Source of the DNA: Eledone cirrhosa
Taxonomy: Eukaryota
DNA: 64,000 nucleotides
Direction: 5' to 3'
Assembly: GCA_964016885.1 (NCBI GenBank)
Contig: OZ024740.1
Coordinates: 100,316,001-100,380,000, forward strand
Of the stretch, positions 1 to 14,626 are shown one piece after another (within the stretch, counting starts at the first letter, position 1; the number at the start of each line of letters is the position of its first letter). Below the pieces are notes generated by a model that did not search any database, was not told the DNA's origin, and worked only from the letters and a program-made list of their open reading frames with translations. The position numbers were made by a program, and so were the translations under genes.

Positions 1-893
1 ATATATATATATATATATATATCATCATCATCATCATCATCATCGTTTAAAGCCCAATTTCAATGCTAGCACGAGCAGGAAGGGCTGACCTTTTGGGAAA
101 GAATCAAATCAGAAGACCATGTTTGTTCATCCAAGGCTGATTTTGGCCTTGTTTCCACAGTTGGGTGTCCTTCCTAACGCCAAACACACACTCACACACA
201 CTTCAGCATTTAGTCACAGAAGTTAAGCAATATCAACAAATATTACATAACTGAGCACATCTTCAGAGAGTAATCACCTACCCTGAAATGGAAACGTTTG
301 TCTAAATGTCTCATACAAATACAGTCTATGCCATCACTTAGTGTAGCTGTTTCAGACTGGAAATGACATATGACCTCGCCCAAAGAAGTGGTCAGTCAAA
401 AACTGATCATTGTGAGGGAAAATGCTGGAATGAAATTTAAAAAATGAATACAAGCCAAAGTTTTCAACCAGGTTAATTATGTAAAGATCAAAGACAGAGT
501 TGCCAAAAAATATATAAATTAAACGAAAATAAAAATAAAAACGTTCACCTTATATTCAAAAGCAAGTCCATCACATGAGAGAAAAAAGAAATATTGATTT
601 ATGAAGTTAGTCGATGAATGAACATGAAGATGGGGTTGTATTATTACTTGATTGAATTAATTTCTCTTATGTGTATTTCCATAATATCAGCACGTTTTTG
701 CTATGTAATTGTAGAATAGACTGAAATGGCTTCTTTAGACAGTATTTTGCATGTAGTCAAAGTTTACACAACAAAAAATGATAAAGTTGCAGATATGGTT
801 AAAGCATGAGGAAAGAGGTCTTGAGATCTAGCAGTAATATTTTTTCTCTTGCATGTCAAATTTGGAGGAATATTCTATATGTATATATTATAT

Positions 894-1097
894 CAGCATG
901 TCAAAGATGCGGACCGCAGGCCACATGCAGCCCTTTACATGCACACCTGCAGCCTACACAAAGGTTTTTACAGCGCAAGCATGTTTTATCTTGGTAAAAT
1001 TAGTTGTAATGTGCACAATTAGTTGTCGTGTGTGGCCTTCAGACAATACATATGAGACACATGTGGCCCTCGGGCGACTCTCAGTTTGACATGCTTG
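894..1097. mobile_element. Non-autonomous hAT (Charlie-type) MITE
   Basis: Termini CAGCATGTCAAA / TTTGACATGCTTG; perfect 8-bp TSD TATTATAT (886-893, 1098-1105); subterminal GGCC motifs. Confidence 0.85.
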
Positions 1098-1545
1098 TAT
1101 TATATCATATCGATCCTACTGGCATTCCAAGGGGAGGGTAGAAACATAATGTGCAGAGATGTTCTCGACTTTGCTTATGTGTATAATAAAGGTAAGTAAG
1201 TCCTGTGCTGCTATTAGACCACAGCTGAAAGCAGTAATCTAAACAGCTCAAAACAAATCATTTCCAAAGTGGCAGGACAACTGTCAGATTTCTCTTTGTA
1301 AATGTTCTCAGTACACAGCCACATACCACTGACAGTTCGTTGACACTTAATGAATATCTATAGAGAAGCATGCCTGTGTAGGAATAGCTATGCTCAATGT
1401 TTTCAATTGTTTTCCTGTTTGGAGCAAGGTAAGAACATTTTCTTGTGGTTACTCTTTATCATAAAGGACATGAAATTTTGCTGCACAGAACGACATGTTA
1501 TGCTGGTTTTCTCAGTTATATATAGAGCTGAGTGTCGTTATAGAG

Positions 1546-3526
1546 CAGGGGTCACCAAACTTTTTTCACAGTGGGCCGGATAACTGAAAGAATGACGAGC
1601 GCGGGCCGCATAATCATTCTGTTCAATACTTGCAAGCCAGAACGAAAGCTTTGGAAAAAAAGACGAAACACTACGTTTAGCATTCCATGTTAATCATGGG
1701 TGAGTGGCGTGCAATGCACAAAAAACAAAGACAACCAACATATTTATTTACTAGAAAGTTATCAATGAAGGCGACGTTAGCACAAATATAGTTACATCAG
1801 ACCTAGTGTGCACATATCCGAATCTTACAAACTAAGCAGCAAAAAAGGTTAGTGCGATTTGTGAAACTGACGTTTGGCTTTCAAGATATCATCAATGTTT
1901 GGTTTGGAATTGCTGCATCCAAATATTCATCAGTCAATCTCGTTCGATGTGTTGACTTCACATACTTCATTTTTGAAAATGTTTGCTCACAGACATAAGT
2001 TGTTCCAAACAATGATGCCATACCAGCGGCAAATTTCTTCAAGTTCGGAAACTCAACATCAGGTAAGAAGCGGTAAAATTCAACAAGTTTTCCTTCTCTG
2101 TGCTTCTCTTTCAACAAGTCATTTGCTTACAAATCAATGAGCTCCAACTGTAGTCCAACTGGCACATCATCAAGCGGATCAAACGGATTCTGGAACAGAA
2201 GAATGTCACTCTCAATTCTGTCGAGATCTGAAAATCTCTCCAAAAAATGCTTCTTCAAGTCACGAATAATCTTTTTAGGAAAATCGAGGTTGACATCTTC
2301 AGCAATTGTAACGCAAAACTCTTTGAAACAGTGAAAATGAGAGAAGTTTTCTCCTTCCAGTTGTGCTTCAAGCAATGACAGCTTTCTCCGAAATCCTTTG
2401 ATGATTCTGTAGAGATCACAGACGAGGTTATCCTTTCCCTGAAGTTTCAAGTTCAGTTCATTCATGTGGGATGTGATGTCGACCAAAAATGACAACTTTG
2501 ACAGCCAGGTAGGATCTGACAGCTGTGCATCAGCTCTATCTTTTTCAGTGAGAAAAACATCTATTTCGTTTCGGAGCTTGTAAAAACGAAACAGGACTTT
2601 ACCGCAGCTGAGCCACCTCACTGCTGTGTGATAAGGCAAGTCACAGAAATCAGAATCTATTTCTTCAAGAAAAGCCTGGAACTGACGATGATTGAGTGCA
2701 TGTCCCGAATGAAGTTCACAGCAAAGTTTTCTGCACTTCCATGAAAATGTCTTGTCCAGTTGTTGTTCCATGCATGCAGTAAATGGATGCCAACGCTTCC
2801 GTTATCTGAAAGTCCAAATTTACACCACGAATGAACACGAGAAGTTGTAACGTACTCGAGAGATCAGTAGACTCATCCAGTGCCAGAGAATACCACAACA
2901 AGTTCCTAGCTTTCTCGCATATCTGTAGCACTATGTTCTCTCCAAGTTCTTCTGTTCTCCGCACAACTGAACTAGCCGAAAGGCTGATACTTTCAAACAA
3001 ATCGGCTTTCTCAGGACACAAGTCATTTGCTGCATACATCATACACTCAGTAAACGGTTTTCCTCGCTCTGCTAACTTATGCACTATTTTGTAACTTGTA
3101 CGAGTGACAGATTCATTTTCAGCAAACTTTCTCTTGAAGTGATTTCTTTGAGTTTCTAAACCACGTTTCATAGACTCATATTTCTCAGGGCGTAACTTTC
3201 CAGAAAACTTTGAATATGTTGATAGATGTTTTGTTTCATAGTGACGCCGAAGATTAAATGATCTTTTAAAACGGCAACACTTTCGCTGCATACCACGCAA
3301 CTAGCTTTCTGGTCCTTTTTTTCCACAAAGAAGTACTTTACTCCCCATTCTTCATTGAGAACGCGACACTCGGCGTCCACTTTTCTTTTCTTAGTAGCCA
3401 TAATAAAGGGTGAAGAAAACAGGATCTGAAAATGAAAAAGACATTGAATTAGAAACATCTCGTGTTCCATCCGTTTTATCACGCAAATGCAAGTACCGTC
3501 GGTGGGCCGTAGTTTGGTGACCCCTG
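1546..3526 (-). mobile_element. hAT DNA transposon, Charlie/Buster (GTF2IRD2-like) family
   Basis: Terminal inverted repeat CAGGGGTCACCAAACT / AGTTTGGTGACCCCTG; 8-bp TSD TTATAGAG / TTCTAGAG (7/8); encloses a transposase. Confidence 0.95.
1849..3401 (-). pseudogene. Frameshifted, internally deleted hAT transposase
   Basis: Overlapping ORFs give MATKKRKVDAECR..CVVC..NLRRHYETKH, SLALDESTD, HTAVRWLSCG, FGTTYVCEQTFSKMK and a C-terminal QFHKSH*. The TDGA and CxxH block is missing at the junction near 2716. Confidence 0.92.
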
Positions 3527-3599
3527 TTCTAGAGCATCAATATTGTTGTTTGCCTTTGCATTACTTAGATATCATCTATATAGCTGCTTAGTGTGGTTA

Positions 3600-5762
3600 C
3601 AAATACAATTTGTATATGGAAATAACTTGCAGCAGTCCAGAGAGTATTACTACTTTTAGGTTAAAGAGTGTCCAAGTAGAAAAGAGATCCTCCTAGCCTC
3701 CCAGGAGGAAATGTTTTAAATGATCTTTTAAAAAGCAATTAATTAAAAAACTGTAAAGATTCTTATTATATATTTATTTAAAAGCCTTAAAAAAATGTCC
3801 AGTAAACATGGTTCATGTTATCTTAATTTACTCAAGCAAAAAAAATCAAAACTTTAAGAATCATGTTCAAAAATCCATAAATTATGTAAATATCATGAAG
3901 ATTCCTGCAGTTTCACCATATAGCTGATTTCTTCCTGAACAAATTTTCGTTTTCGACAGGAGAAGCTAGAACTCTGAGAATAAGGACACATTTCTTTTGG
4001 GTTCCTTCACAAAAACCAAAACAACAACTTATCATGTTTTGGTAGAAGGGGTAAATTTAGATATTCAACCAAAGTGTTATTGCAATGAACATGTGTACTT
4101 GTTCTTTTCATTTTTGTTTCTTCATCAAGGATGCCTGCTTATAATCATTTTTTCCTTTTTAATAAAAGATAACTTATCAAATATATTTGAAAACTTTACT
4201 ATTGCACCATTTTGAAGTAGGCAAATCTTTAATTCTATTCTATCCATGTTCTGAAATTTTCCAAATCAAACATTGTCCATTTTGTTTCTTTTTTCCGTCA
4301 TATCATGTTGAAATCTAGATCTAGCAAAAACAACTTTTTTTAATAAGCTCAAAATCTATTCTCAACCAAAGAGTGAAGTTATTCAAATGTGGAATAAATT
4401 CCAGCAAAGAAAATGTTTGTTTTTGCCTTTAACATGATTATTTCATAGCCTGATTTGTTTGGGTAATTATTGAAAAAGTAGCTTCTCATTTTCTTGTACC
4501 ACAATAATTGTTTCAAATGGTTTTATACATTAAATAATAGTTTCTGCAAAAGGTCACTCATAAAGCCTCAGTGTAAGAATGTTACTATCTACAGCATTAT
4601 GTAACAAGGCCTATTTGCAGTTTAATATCTCTTTCCAGCATATGCTACATTGAATTTCAGTAAGTACATACTGAATTAATTTGTTTCTTTAAACACAGCT
4701 GTTCTTTTAATCCTGTCTATTTGCTTACAATCACAGGAGAATGATTAAAGTGCTTAATGTTCCAACTGGTTGTGATAATAGTTTTCACAGTATACTGAAC
4801 AAATATAGACTCATTCAATGACAATTAAACTGTATGTGTGAAGCATGACAATGATTCTAAACCACAAATCCTGCCCTTGGCACCCATATTTGCTTCAGAA
4901 TTTCACATTGTCATCATCACTGTTTAACCTCTGTTTTCAAAAATTGCATGGGTTAGATGGGTTTTTTACAGCTGGATGCCCTTGCTAACTCCAATCATGT
5001 TTACAGTGTGAAACTGGGTGGTCCCATTAGGAGGAGGGCCTGGTCAGTTAGGTATGCCAATATTATCATATGTCATATCCAAGAACATTGCTTAACTCTT
5101 CACTAATTCATGTATTTGTGAGAGAACCTTCAAAATGAGCAATTCATAATACAGCTGTTTTGCGTTGAAATTAATCTGTCAATCAGTGGACTAATACCCA
5201 CCAAAAAATGGAAAATTATTTATAGTAGCCATCCAAACGTCAGTGGATGAATAATTAGATTTAGACTCATTTACATATTTGCCAGTTGTTTTTTCACTTT
5301 ATAATATGTTACAGGAATGGTGTTTTCAAAAGAATATTTTTTGCTTTGATATAATGTAGCTGGGAGTAAACCTTTTAAGTATAATTTGTAATCCAAAATC
5401 AGACAAAAGAATATGACTGCAAGTCAACAGTTATCATTTGTCTGATCAAATAAGGGAAATCTTTAGACTGACAATCATTGATGTCCCATAACCTTTTTGG
5501 TTCCAGTATATCAGTAAAATAGTTTGTGCTCTGGCAGAATATTTATTTGTCATCAATGAATACTCAACATTTGTGTTTTACCAGTTTCTTTTGCCAATTT
5601 ATCAGGATGAGACTTTTAAAGATGATTCATCATATCCGATGTTGTGAAAGCTTTAGCAATTTTCTCTCCTCTTGATATGGAAACATCACAGAAAATGCAT
5701 TTGCAGAAAGTATCATTATGTTTATCCACTTTAGGAAATGTCCATGCAATGCTTGAAGCCAT
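3600..5762 (-). pseudogene. Highly decayed BED-finger (ZBED/Ac-like) hAT transposase
   Basis: Manual translation: MASSIAWTF..CKCIFCDVSISRG..TTSDMMNHL*KSH (BED finger), STDVW, CFTHTV, HFNHSP, KPFE, EDLFST (ERLFS-like). Many stops; interrupted by a short repeat near 4910-5070. Confidence 0.75.
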
Positions 5763-6949
5763 AAGGCATTTTTATTTTATTATATTTTGCAATATATCCT
5801 GCTTAATCCAATGATGTAAATAAAATCAGCTTATCTGAATATTTTCTGAGCCTACATGAGAGTGTCAGGTGGTGGAAAGTGTCAGAACAAGCCTGATTCT
5901 CTTCAATAACGGACAGTCAATAAACAGCTTCTTTAAAGTTTAGATAACTAACAGCAAATATGTTAATAACTCTGCTGTGTTGCCTTCTATGTATATGTGG
6001 TTAATTATATGTTTTACTTTTGCTGTTCTGTCAATATAACTACACACTACACATGGTGGTGTTAGCATTATACAATGATTAAACAGAATAGAAACATATG
6101 TGTAGATACAGAACATGTGACTAGTTATGTACAGAAGGTTGTGCTGTTGAATGACACAGTTCATTGATAATAAAAAGCATAAACTGCATTAAAATCAGTC
6201 TAAATTTGTCATCATGTGGTCTCAAATAGTAGCTTAATAACTGAGATTAATATTAAAATGTTATAGAATATTACCTACAATTAATTATAATTCACATTTT
6301 CATATCACAATACATAATTACATTATAGATAATCAGTAGCTTATTAATTGTTATCAACTAATAAGACAAAGTCGATTAATCAGTAATTTAATTTTTTTAT
6401 TGATTTAAATTTTGGTTACATAATACCTCAAAGTTTGTGTTTGTGTGTGTGCATATAGGTAAAAGATAGTGCTGCCTATCAACTCCTACAAAGTACACAA
6501 TGAAAATATATAAATATAAATTCACTCCTTTCAGAAAAGATAACATTTCAAATAATATAGGCACATTATTTTTAAAGTAGCAGCAAAATTAAATGTACAA
6601 TCTTTAATCTTTAAAAAGTAAAACACAATAAACATATTTCGATAATTAATTTATCTCTCCCATAAAAGAGGATTAGCATGTGGATGAACACACTTCTTTA
6701 TTATAATAATCAATTTTTCTTTATTTGGTTTTGATCAAATTATTAATTAAGAGCTAAATTCTGTAAAACAATAACAGTAATTTCAATTTAAAATATCTAT
6801 TCATATAAATCGTTTGTTTAACAAAAAATCCCACCCAATTTCTTTTATAAATTTATAAACGTTTATTTAACAAACACCAACAACCTTATTTGTGTGTTTA
6901 TAGTAATAATTTCTTTTGTTTTCTTCAGATTATGGATAAATTTGTTAGC

Positions 6950-8150
6950 AGAATCTGAAAAGATGATTCAAATTAAAGTACTGCTGCAATGATATAAAAT
7001 ATAATCCAACGTAAACAAATGTGTTAGGTCAGAATAATAATCCAAATATGTCATCACCACTGTTGCTGGTTATCCAATTTCCAAACAAAGTAATGGTTGA
7101 TAATATATCTTAAAAGATGGTATGAGTTTTGCGAATGGTTAAAATATTCAGTAAGTAGAGATGTCAATTTTCTGTTTTCCTTGCATGGTTTTTAGTTCTG
7201 AATGCACAACAGAAAGCATTTCTATAATAGTTGGTTATCATAATTTGAAGCATGCTAATGTCTTATCAAACAAAGGTTTACTCTAACATAAAGCAAGCAC
7301 AAGCCATATTGTATCCATGCCCATATGAGGAGAATATGAAATTCATAATCCTTCTGATTTCCACCTATGGAACAGATATCACCTTACATCTATAGTTGAG
7401 GTCATAAATAAATATTTTTAGTATTACTTGAATTAACATTTTCAGAGGATTATGATAATATATTGAAAAAAGAGCAGGGTCTTTTTGACAATAACATTTC
7501 TTATACTCTGGAAAATGACAGAATCTTGCTGCAACTTATCTGACAAGTTTAAAGAATAGTTCATATTATAATTTAAAATTAACAATTGAAATTTAAATAC
7601 AAATAGCTATTGATAGTGTTGCAGCAAATGTAAGAAATATTTGATTGTTGGTCCTGCACATTACTTGAGGATAGAACAAGATACAATGGTAGCACTGTGA
7701 ATTGATATTCACTAAGTATAAAAATGGTGTTGTGTTTGAGTCACATTTAGATATACAACATGTTTCACATATAACAAAGAAAATTTCGGAAATATTGAGA
7801 GAAGCTGGTACATAATTTTCTAAAAAAGATAGCACAGTGTTATGATAAAAATATTAAGTTTGGAAAATAACCCAGAAAAAATAACACATCTACCTTGTTT
7901 TAATCACATGATCCCTATGGTGATTGTTGGTTCAGTCGAGAATATAACAACCCTGGAACAATATTGTGATCAATACAAATCAATATATAATATTTTCAAT
8001 ATCACAAAATCGCTGCTATATTTGTTGGAAAGAGTTTAAAATGGCTTTTGGAATAACAATGGTCAGAACACCTTGAAGAAACAAAGATCCTGGAATAATT
8101 GTTACCTTTACTAGTAACAACAATTCAAGGGATATGGATAATGACTCAGT
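6950..8150 (+). pseudogene. Probable second decayed hAT transposase
   Basis: KYCCNDIKY (BED-like) near 6975; THLPCFNHMIPMVI (CxxH motif) in ORF 7842-8039; RSWNN (RWNS-like) near 8090. Confidence 0.5.
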
Positions 8151-9249
8151 TGTAAATTAATGTTACTTATTCAGCTTATCTAATATCAAGTTGACATTTT
8201 CTGCAAGTCCTGCTGGAAGGAATTCTTAACCTGAAGATAAAATATTCATGTAACCATAAAACTGATCCAGCTCTTCATAAGGAAATACCAAAAATTAAGG
8301 CCAACAGAAACCCTTGAAGAAATTGAATTTATAAAACAAGTTGTTCCAATTGTTGATGTTACAAGGTCAGGGCAAATGGACATACACAATATGCCTTATA
8401 CCAATATAAGTAAATAGGTAAGGTAAATGGCCATCCATCAATATTTTTTAGACAATGAGTGTTCCAGTTGTTCAATCAATGAAACCCCTTTCTTATGAAA
8501 TTAATGTGCAAGTGAATGAGCATTCAACAGACAAGTAATTCAACATCACACAGTGTGTGATAAGGCTGACCCTTTGAAAAGGGTTCTAGATAGTTTCTGC
8601 CCATCCAATATCACTCACATGCCTAGGGCTATAGTAAATGTCACTTGTTCGATATGTCACACAAAGGGATTGAACTTGGAAACTTATGATTGGCAAGCAA
8701 TCTTCCTAACCAGTCGTCCATGCTGCATTCATACTGATGCTATTCTAATGAAAACAGCATGTCAGACACCCAATGATGAAACAATTCTTTGATCAACATT
8801 TTAAAAAATCATTTGATTGAATGAATTAAGAAAATGTTAAGCAATTTACAAATCATAATGGCCTCTATCATGATATTGTGTCTGGTACTTCAGAGAAAAA
8901 ATTAATTTGAAATATCTTTTTCCATTGACTGGGCATCATAATCAATTTCTGTCACAATTAAAAAACATGAATGTAATAAACATCATTTTGATAACACCAG
9001 CAATGACATGCATTCGTCAAGCACCATTTGAGCAAACAGAAGCATTTCAAGACACATAGAAGCTCATGGCTACCTTGGCTACATTCCTATGTTCAACTGC
9101 AATGTGTGAGTCTTAACAGTTGTCAGAATTGCAGACCTTAATGTTGATCCAGATTTCAAAACTATGGTGTCACCTTGTCCTTCAACTTGATTTTGAAACA
9201 AGTGAAAAATTATATATATAAATATGAGGCAGTTTAAAAAAATCTTTAC

Positions 9250-9660
9250 ATCTTCTTCTTCTTCTTCTTCTTCTTCTTCTTGTCTATTAACAACACTCCT
9301 CCAGTGGGTCAGTCAGAAGAAACCATCTCCAGTTGATCTGGTTGGATCCTTAGTCGACACCAGACAAGCTTATGGATGTCAACCAAACATCTTGCTCAGA
9401 ATCTGCCTCTGGTTCTCCCACCAGTTGGTTTTGCCCATAAAATCTGTCCATCAATTCTTTCCTGAGACGTTTTAACTACATGTCTGTAGTATCGGAGCAG
9501 TAATCACTTAGTTTGGAGAAGTAGTAGCTTTACCTGGAGCGAGTCTCTGATCTCTGAGTTATGCACTCTATCATGTAACGTTACTCCATAGACCCTTCAG
9601 AGGAACTCAATTTCGGTTGCTTTTATTCACCATCATATTCGTTCAGTCATTACCCAAACA
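9250..9660 (-). mobile_element. RTE-like LINE 3' fragment with (GAA)n tail
   Basis: Homologous to 56150-56575; remnants of EFL.RV.GVTL.D and a (TTC)n tract at the 3' end. Confidence 0.7.
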
Positions 9661-11329
9661 TAAATTTTATAAATGCGGTTATGCCTATATTGTAATATCA
9701 ATCCCATTCTCTAACATTAATCATGCATTACCAAGGCTAATATTCTAGGTATAGGTCTAGTGGTTGATGATGCACTTTCATTCAGTTGAATAGGTCTTCT
9801 GAAGTTAAAGGGCTTTTTACAACTTCATCTTTGCTTAGATAAATACCTTACAACAGGAATACATTGTTAGACTTGAATAAAAACATTACCTGGCTTATTA
9901 TAATTATGATAAATCCTTAACATAGTCAGCATCCAACACCACAACTTTGTTAGCTATGATTATTAATACTTAGAGGAGTTGTATTTTGTTTCAATTATCA
10001 TAGATGACAGCAAACAAATTATGATTCTACTATATATTGGAGTTGAAGACTTTAATCAAATCTCTCGTACAATGATAAATTAATTTATGTGATTGCAAAA
10101 AAACCTACTAACATTCTATTTCAGGTAACAAAAACATTTACTTACATGGGGAATAGGTTCTATTCTATTTCCCTACAAGATAAAGATTCCTCATACTTAG
10201 TACATTAATCAACTGCAAAATTATTAAAAATCATGTGATTTTTATAAGTATAATACTGAAAATGCCAAATTGGATCAACTCATTGAAAACACAAATAACA
10301 CTATTAAAACAAAACCAACATCATACATAAAATGTACATAGACTTGAGAGAAGCACATGCTCAGTTGAACAGCAATGTTCAACTGCTTCACAGAAGAGAG
10401 CGTATCCATTACTTTATGATGAAAATAATATCAATTTAATCAATATTCTTCTGTTATGGATATGGTTCCAAATCTCACATATTTTTATTGTAAGTTTCTG
10501 GAAAAAGAGAAAACCTGTTATACATGAAAAAATAAATTGGTCATTTTAGAATTATATGTAGATTGTGGAAATCATGGTTTTATAACTTTAGTAATATTTT
10601 TACCTTTACTAATAGGAAGAGCAAATATATAAGTCTGGATCTGAATCAACAAGATCCCAGACCTCATTTGGTTATCAAATGAAATGGAACTCATCAGACT
10701 GAACCAAGGAAACAATGTTTCTATTGGTCTTTCCAATTGCTAACACGATCTACCAGTTGCAACTCCTGGCAGAAGGAGCAGCATGAAATAAAGTGTCTTA
10801 AATAATTCATCACACAGCCAGGGAATTGAACTCAATGATATCATGATTGTAAGGTCTCTAACCACTATCATTTAATAATTATCAATTTATACTTCAGAAT
10901 GGAATAATCATATCATTCAACATTGCTTCTGAAGCAACATGTGATTAATTGATTAAGCAACATTTGATAAAACCACTGTATTAAATCTTGAAACAATTAT
11001 CTAGTCATGTTAAACTAAGATATTTATCTATGGCTGAACTGCACCTCTAACCTTAGCTTTACTTGTGGTCATTCATGTAACACTCAAATTTGGCTCAATT
11101 TGCTGCATTTATAAGATAGCTTGATTATAATAAACTATAAGAATACTCTCTTGACAGCAAAAGAGGATTCAATTATTAAACAATTCCCTGAAGTATTCAT
11201 AGGCATTGATAAGTTAAAAGACTGTGCTATAATTATCAACCAACCATGATATAAAACTGGTAATATAAACTGCGAGACAAATATTATTTCATGTAAAGAA
11301 ACAAGTGAAGAAGTAATTGTATGTTTGTT

Positions 11330-11710
11330 AATATTGGACATCATAATGAAATTTGATGGTTCCACAAAATAGGGTTCCCATTGGTCGCAGTACCAAAGAA
11401 AGATGGTTGTGTTTGTTCATATGTAGATCTAAACAGAAAAACTACAGCTACCCAAAGGAAATAATATATTCAATAACTACTATTGAAAAAGTACTAGATG
11501 GCTCATGCTTCTTATGAAAATTGGATCTGAATATGGGCTATCACCACGTGAAATTAGAACCATCCTGGCATCATACCACATTTGTTTCTTCTAGTTGATT
11601 ATATTCATACAAATGGTCAGTTCTTGAAACATCATCAGCATTTAGAGAATTTCAAGAATACATTAGCAGTTGTTTCACATCTGAATATATAATATTGTAC
11701 ATGATATTCT
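11330..11710 (+). pseudogene. Gypsy/Ty3 LTR-retrotransposon reverse transcriptase relic
   Basis: Manual translation with frameshifts: PLVAVPKKDG..YVDL, TIEKVL, KLDLNMGYHHVKL, HTTFV..LYSYK..SSAFREFQ. Confidence 0.8.
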
Positions 11711-13546
11711 AGAATGTGACATGCCCCCCCCCCCCCTCCCCCCGAAAAAGAAATACTAATAAAAGGCCATGCCATGACAATAAACCAGTGCCTCACAATA
11801 TCACATAATTATATCACAAAAATGTGTGTATTGTTATATTAACAGTGATTAATTGTAGTTTAGGAAATTAATAAATTATATGCGATGTTCACAAGATTAG
11901 AGATTTTTTCTGTAAATGTATTATATGTGGAATATCTTGTAGAACAAAATATAGATTTGACTAAGATAGATTTTCTACAAAAACTGACAAAAGTTATGAG
12001 GAAGGAGATTTCAGTATGGGGATAAACATGAGGAAACATTTCAGGAAACAACTATTTCATTAACATATTTGTAATGAAGAGACTATGTATATTTGTCAAA
12101 TAATTTTGAAAATAATCAGGTATTTCAAAGAATTTAGGAACTTTCATTATTTATCTGGTATTTAAAGCATAACTTGACAAAAGTTCTTACATAAAATTAT
12201 ACTGGAAAAATTCTAGATAAATAGAAGCACTTTGAAATAAATGGCTTAGTTTCTGCCTGTTTGGTATCCAAAGGGTTAAAACAATGCATAACATCATATA
12301 AAATATTATCACACTTTGGCAACAAACATAAAGCTTCTATTTATATTGATGTCAGCCTTGTTGTATTGGACACTATATTCGTGCAGTATGTTTCCAAAAG
12401 TGAGTGTCATGTTATTTCCTATATAGTCAAAGCATATTAAAACATTAAACAGTGATATGGGGAAATAATAAAATGTAACTGTTAGAATTCATTTGCCAAT
12501 AGAACAAGAGCTTGTAGAGAAATCTGCTATTGTTCTATGAAGAAATTGAATTTTCATTTCCCTTGCTTTAAGAATAAAATTAATAGACAATGTCTATGAG
12601 TGTTTTGTTGGAAATGGGTGAAACAGAAACAAAGCAACTTCTAAATATGGTAGCACAATATTAACAAAGCTAAAGTGTTGGAAATCTAAGATTGCTTCAT
12701 GTGTATGGCCCTTAAACTGTATGAGTTGGTTGAGCCCTTAAGTTCTACAATGCCAAATTTGTGGGAGGAAATACATATAGATTTCAAAGGACCAATACCA
12801 TATGGGGAATCACTACTCACTATTGTAAATGAAGCATAATATTAGCAGCAGTTAGTGGTCATAAAATTGATCAAAACTCAATTTTATCAACTGCATGGAC
12901 TTCCATTAACATTGTGGAGAATTAAAAAAAAAATTCTTTCTAACAAGAACACACAGGTTATAAGATGTGTTTCGAGACCATTGAGAACAATGGGGAATGC
13001 AACACCTAAGTATTACCTACTACCATCCTCAAGCAAAGTCTATAGTAAAAAGATGTAAGAGAAATACAGCCAAAGTAATCAGATGGCAAAGAGTGAAGGA
13101 GAGATGTTTGCAAGTTTTACTTCTTTACTAACTAGACAGCCTCCATTTATCAACATTGATAGCAACATTTTATTCTATTTTTAAATTGCCTTTTACATTA
13201 CAAATTTTAAAACTGTAAGCAAAAAAATAATTAGGACAGATAGTAATGATAAAACAAAATCTAACTTTAAATACTATTCTGACTGGAAGATGAAATACTC
13301 ATCTACAAATGGTACTGATCATATCAGGAAAGTAGCAACCAACATTTTATTTGAATCAGTCAGTCATTAAGGAAAGACCAAATGATTTGGGTTACACGTA
13401 CAGTTACATTGAAAATAATGTGATCCATATCTGATATCGTGCTCATAGCTGAAGAAAGTACATGATTCATACACTGTTTGCTTTCGTGACATCTGTACAC
13501 TATTCTATGTACTCTACATGCATCTGATGAGCTGTAGTGCATCTGA

Positions 13547-13737
13547 GTGGATTGGCAGTATCGGTAGAGGGTTGGATGCCATGCTTTGCAGCAAAGAGTT
13601 ACGGCCCTTTATGGTCTGAGTTCAAATCTCGCTGAGGTTAACTTTGCCTTTCATCCTTACGGAGTCGATAAAATAGAGTACCAGTAATGCACTGAAATAA
13701 TTGCTGGCCTTGTGCCAAAAATAGAAACAATTATTAT
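13547..13737 (+). mobile_element. tRNA-derived SINE family A
   Basis: A box TGGCAGTATCGG, B box GTTCAAAT, body CTTTGCCTTTCATCCTTACGG..GATAAAATA.AGTACCAG, (ATT)n tail; about 11 copies in the window. Confidence 0.85.
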
Positions 13738-14495
13738 GGAGGGCTGGGCATACCATGGCTGATGATGCGCAGACATGTACTTAGGCTACGGCATCTCCAC
13801 CTCGTCCTCGACAGTGATCAAGTGTGGTCACCCTTTGCTAGACACATGTTTCCCCAGCTTGTCTCCTTGGTGGAGCTGCAGTCCTGGGTCAAGTGAAGAC
13901 TGAGAGGTAGCGCTTGGAGACTAGAATGTCTTCAGGCACTTACAGCCCTCAACCAGTCGAGCAATACAATGGCTGGAAACTCCACCTTGGCTTTCTATAG
14001 AGGATTAGTGGAAGGAAAGAGCAACAACGTCCTTGGGGAGACTCTAAGCAACTAGCCAATCTCTTCGGTAGAACTTTCGGGCCGGGACCCATGGACGTCC
14101 AGAAATCCCTGGCCTGGCAGTGCTACCGAGGAGCCTTGCCAGTTCGGTATAGACTCTACAGGCATGGAAGTGCCATCAGCCGAGCCTGTCTGAGATGCAC
14201 CCAGGGTGATGAAACCGTCCTGCACGCATTCGTCCAGTGTCCGAGCATTGCTGACCTCCAGCCAATTTGTTGAAAGGTGGGCGAGAGAGGCAAGATGTGA
14301 ATGGGTCTACCCTGAGCGTGTGCCTGTAGCATTGTAGGAGGAAAACTGGAGGAGGGCATTTGCTCTAGCGGTCAGGGTAACCGTGGCTTTAGGTCTCCCC
14401 CCTTATTGGGAATTTTTCATTGTTTCCTTTTGTTACACTCTGTTTTTGTTTTTTTATACTTTGTTTTGTTATACTTTGTGTCAACCCTTGTGGTT
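13738..14495 (+). mobile_element. Tx1/L1-clade LINE 3' fragment
   Basis: SLAWQCYRGALPVR..C..C..ETVLHAFVQC (CCHC); homologous to 45820-46340. Confidence 0.8.
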
Positions 14496-14496
14496 C

Positions 14497-14617
14497 CGCC
14501 AAGGTTAACTTTGTCTTTCATCCGTCGATAAAATAAAGTACCAGTAATACACTGGATAATTGCTGGCCTTGTGCCAAAAGTAGAAACAATTATTATTATT
14601 ATTATTATTATTATTAT
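14497..14617 (+). mobile_element. SINE family A, 5'-truncated
   Basis: Body and (ATT)n tail match the other copies. Confidence 0.8.
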
Positions 14618-14626
14618 AGTATAAAT

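Noticed and set aside
13520-13546. Isolated CTGATGA (also near 27449)
   Set aside because: No downstream GAAA, stem III or stem I partner
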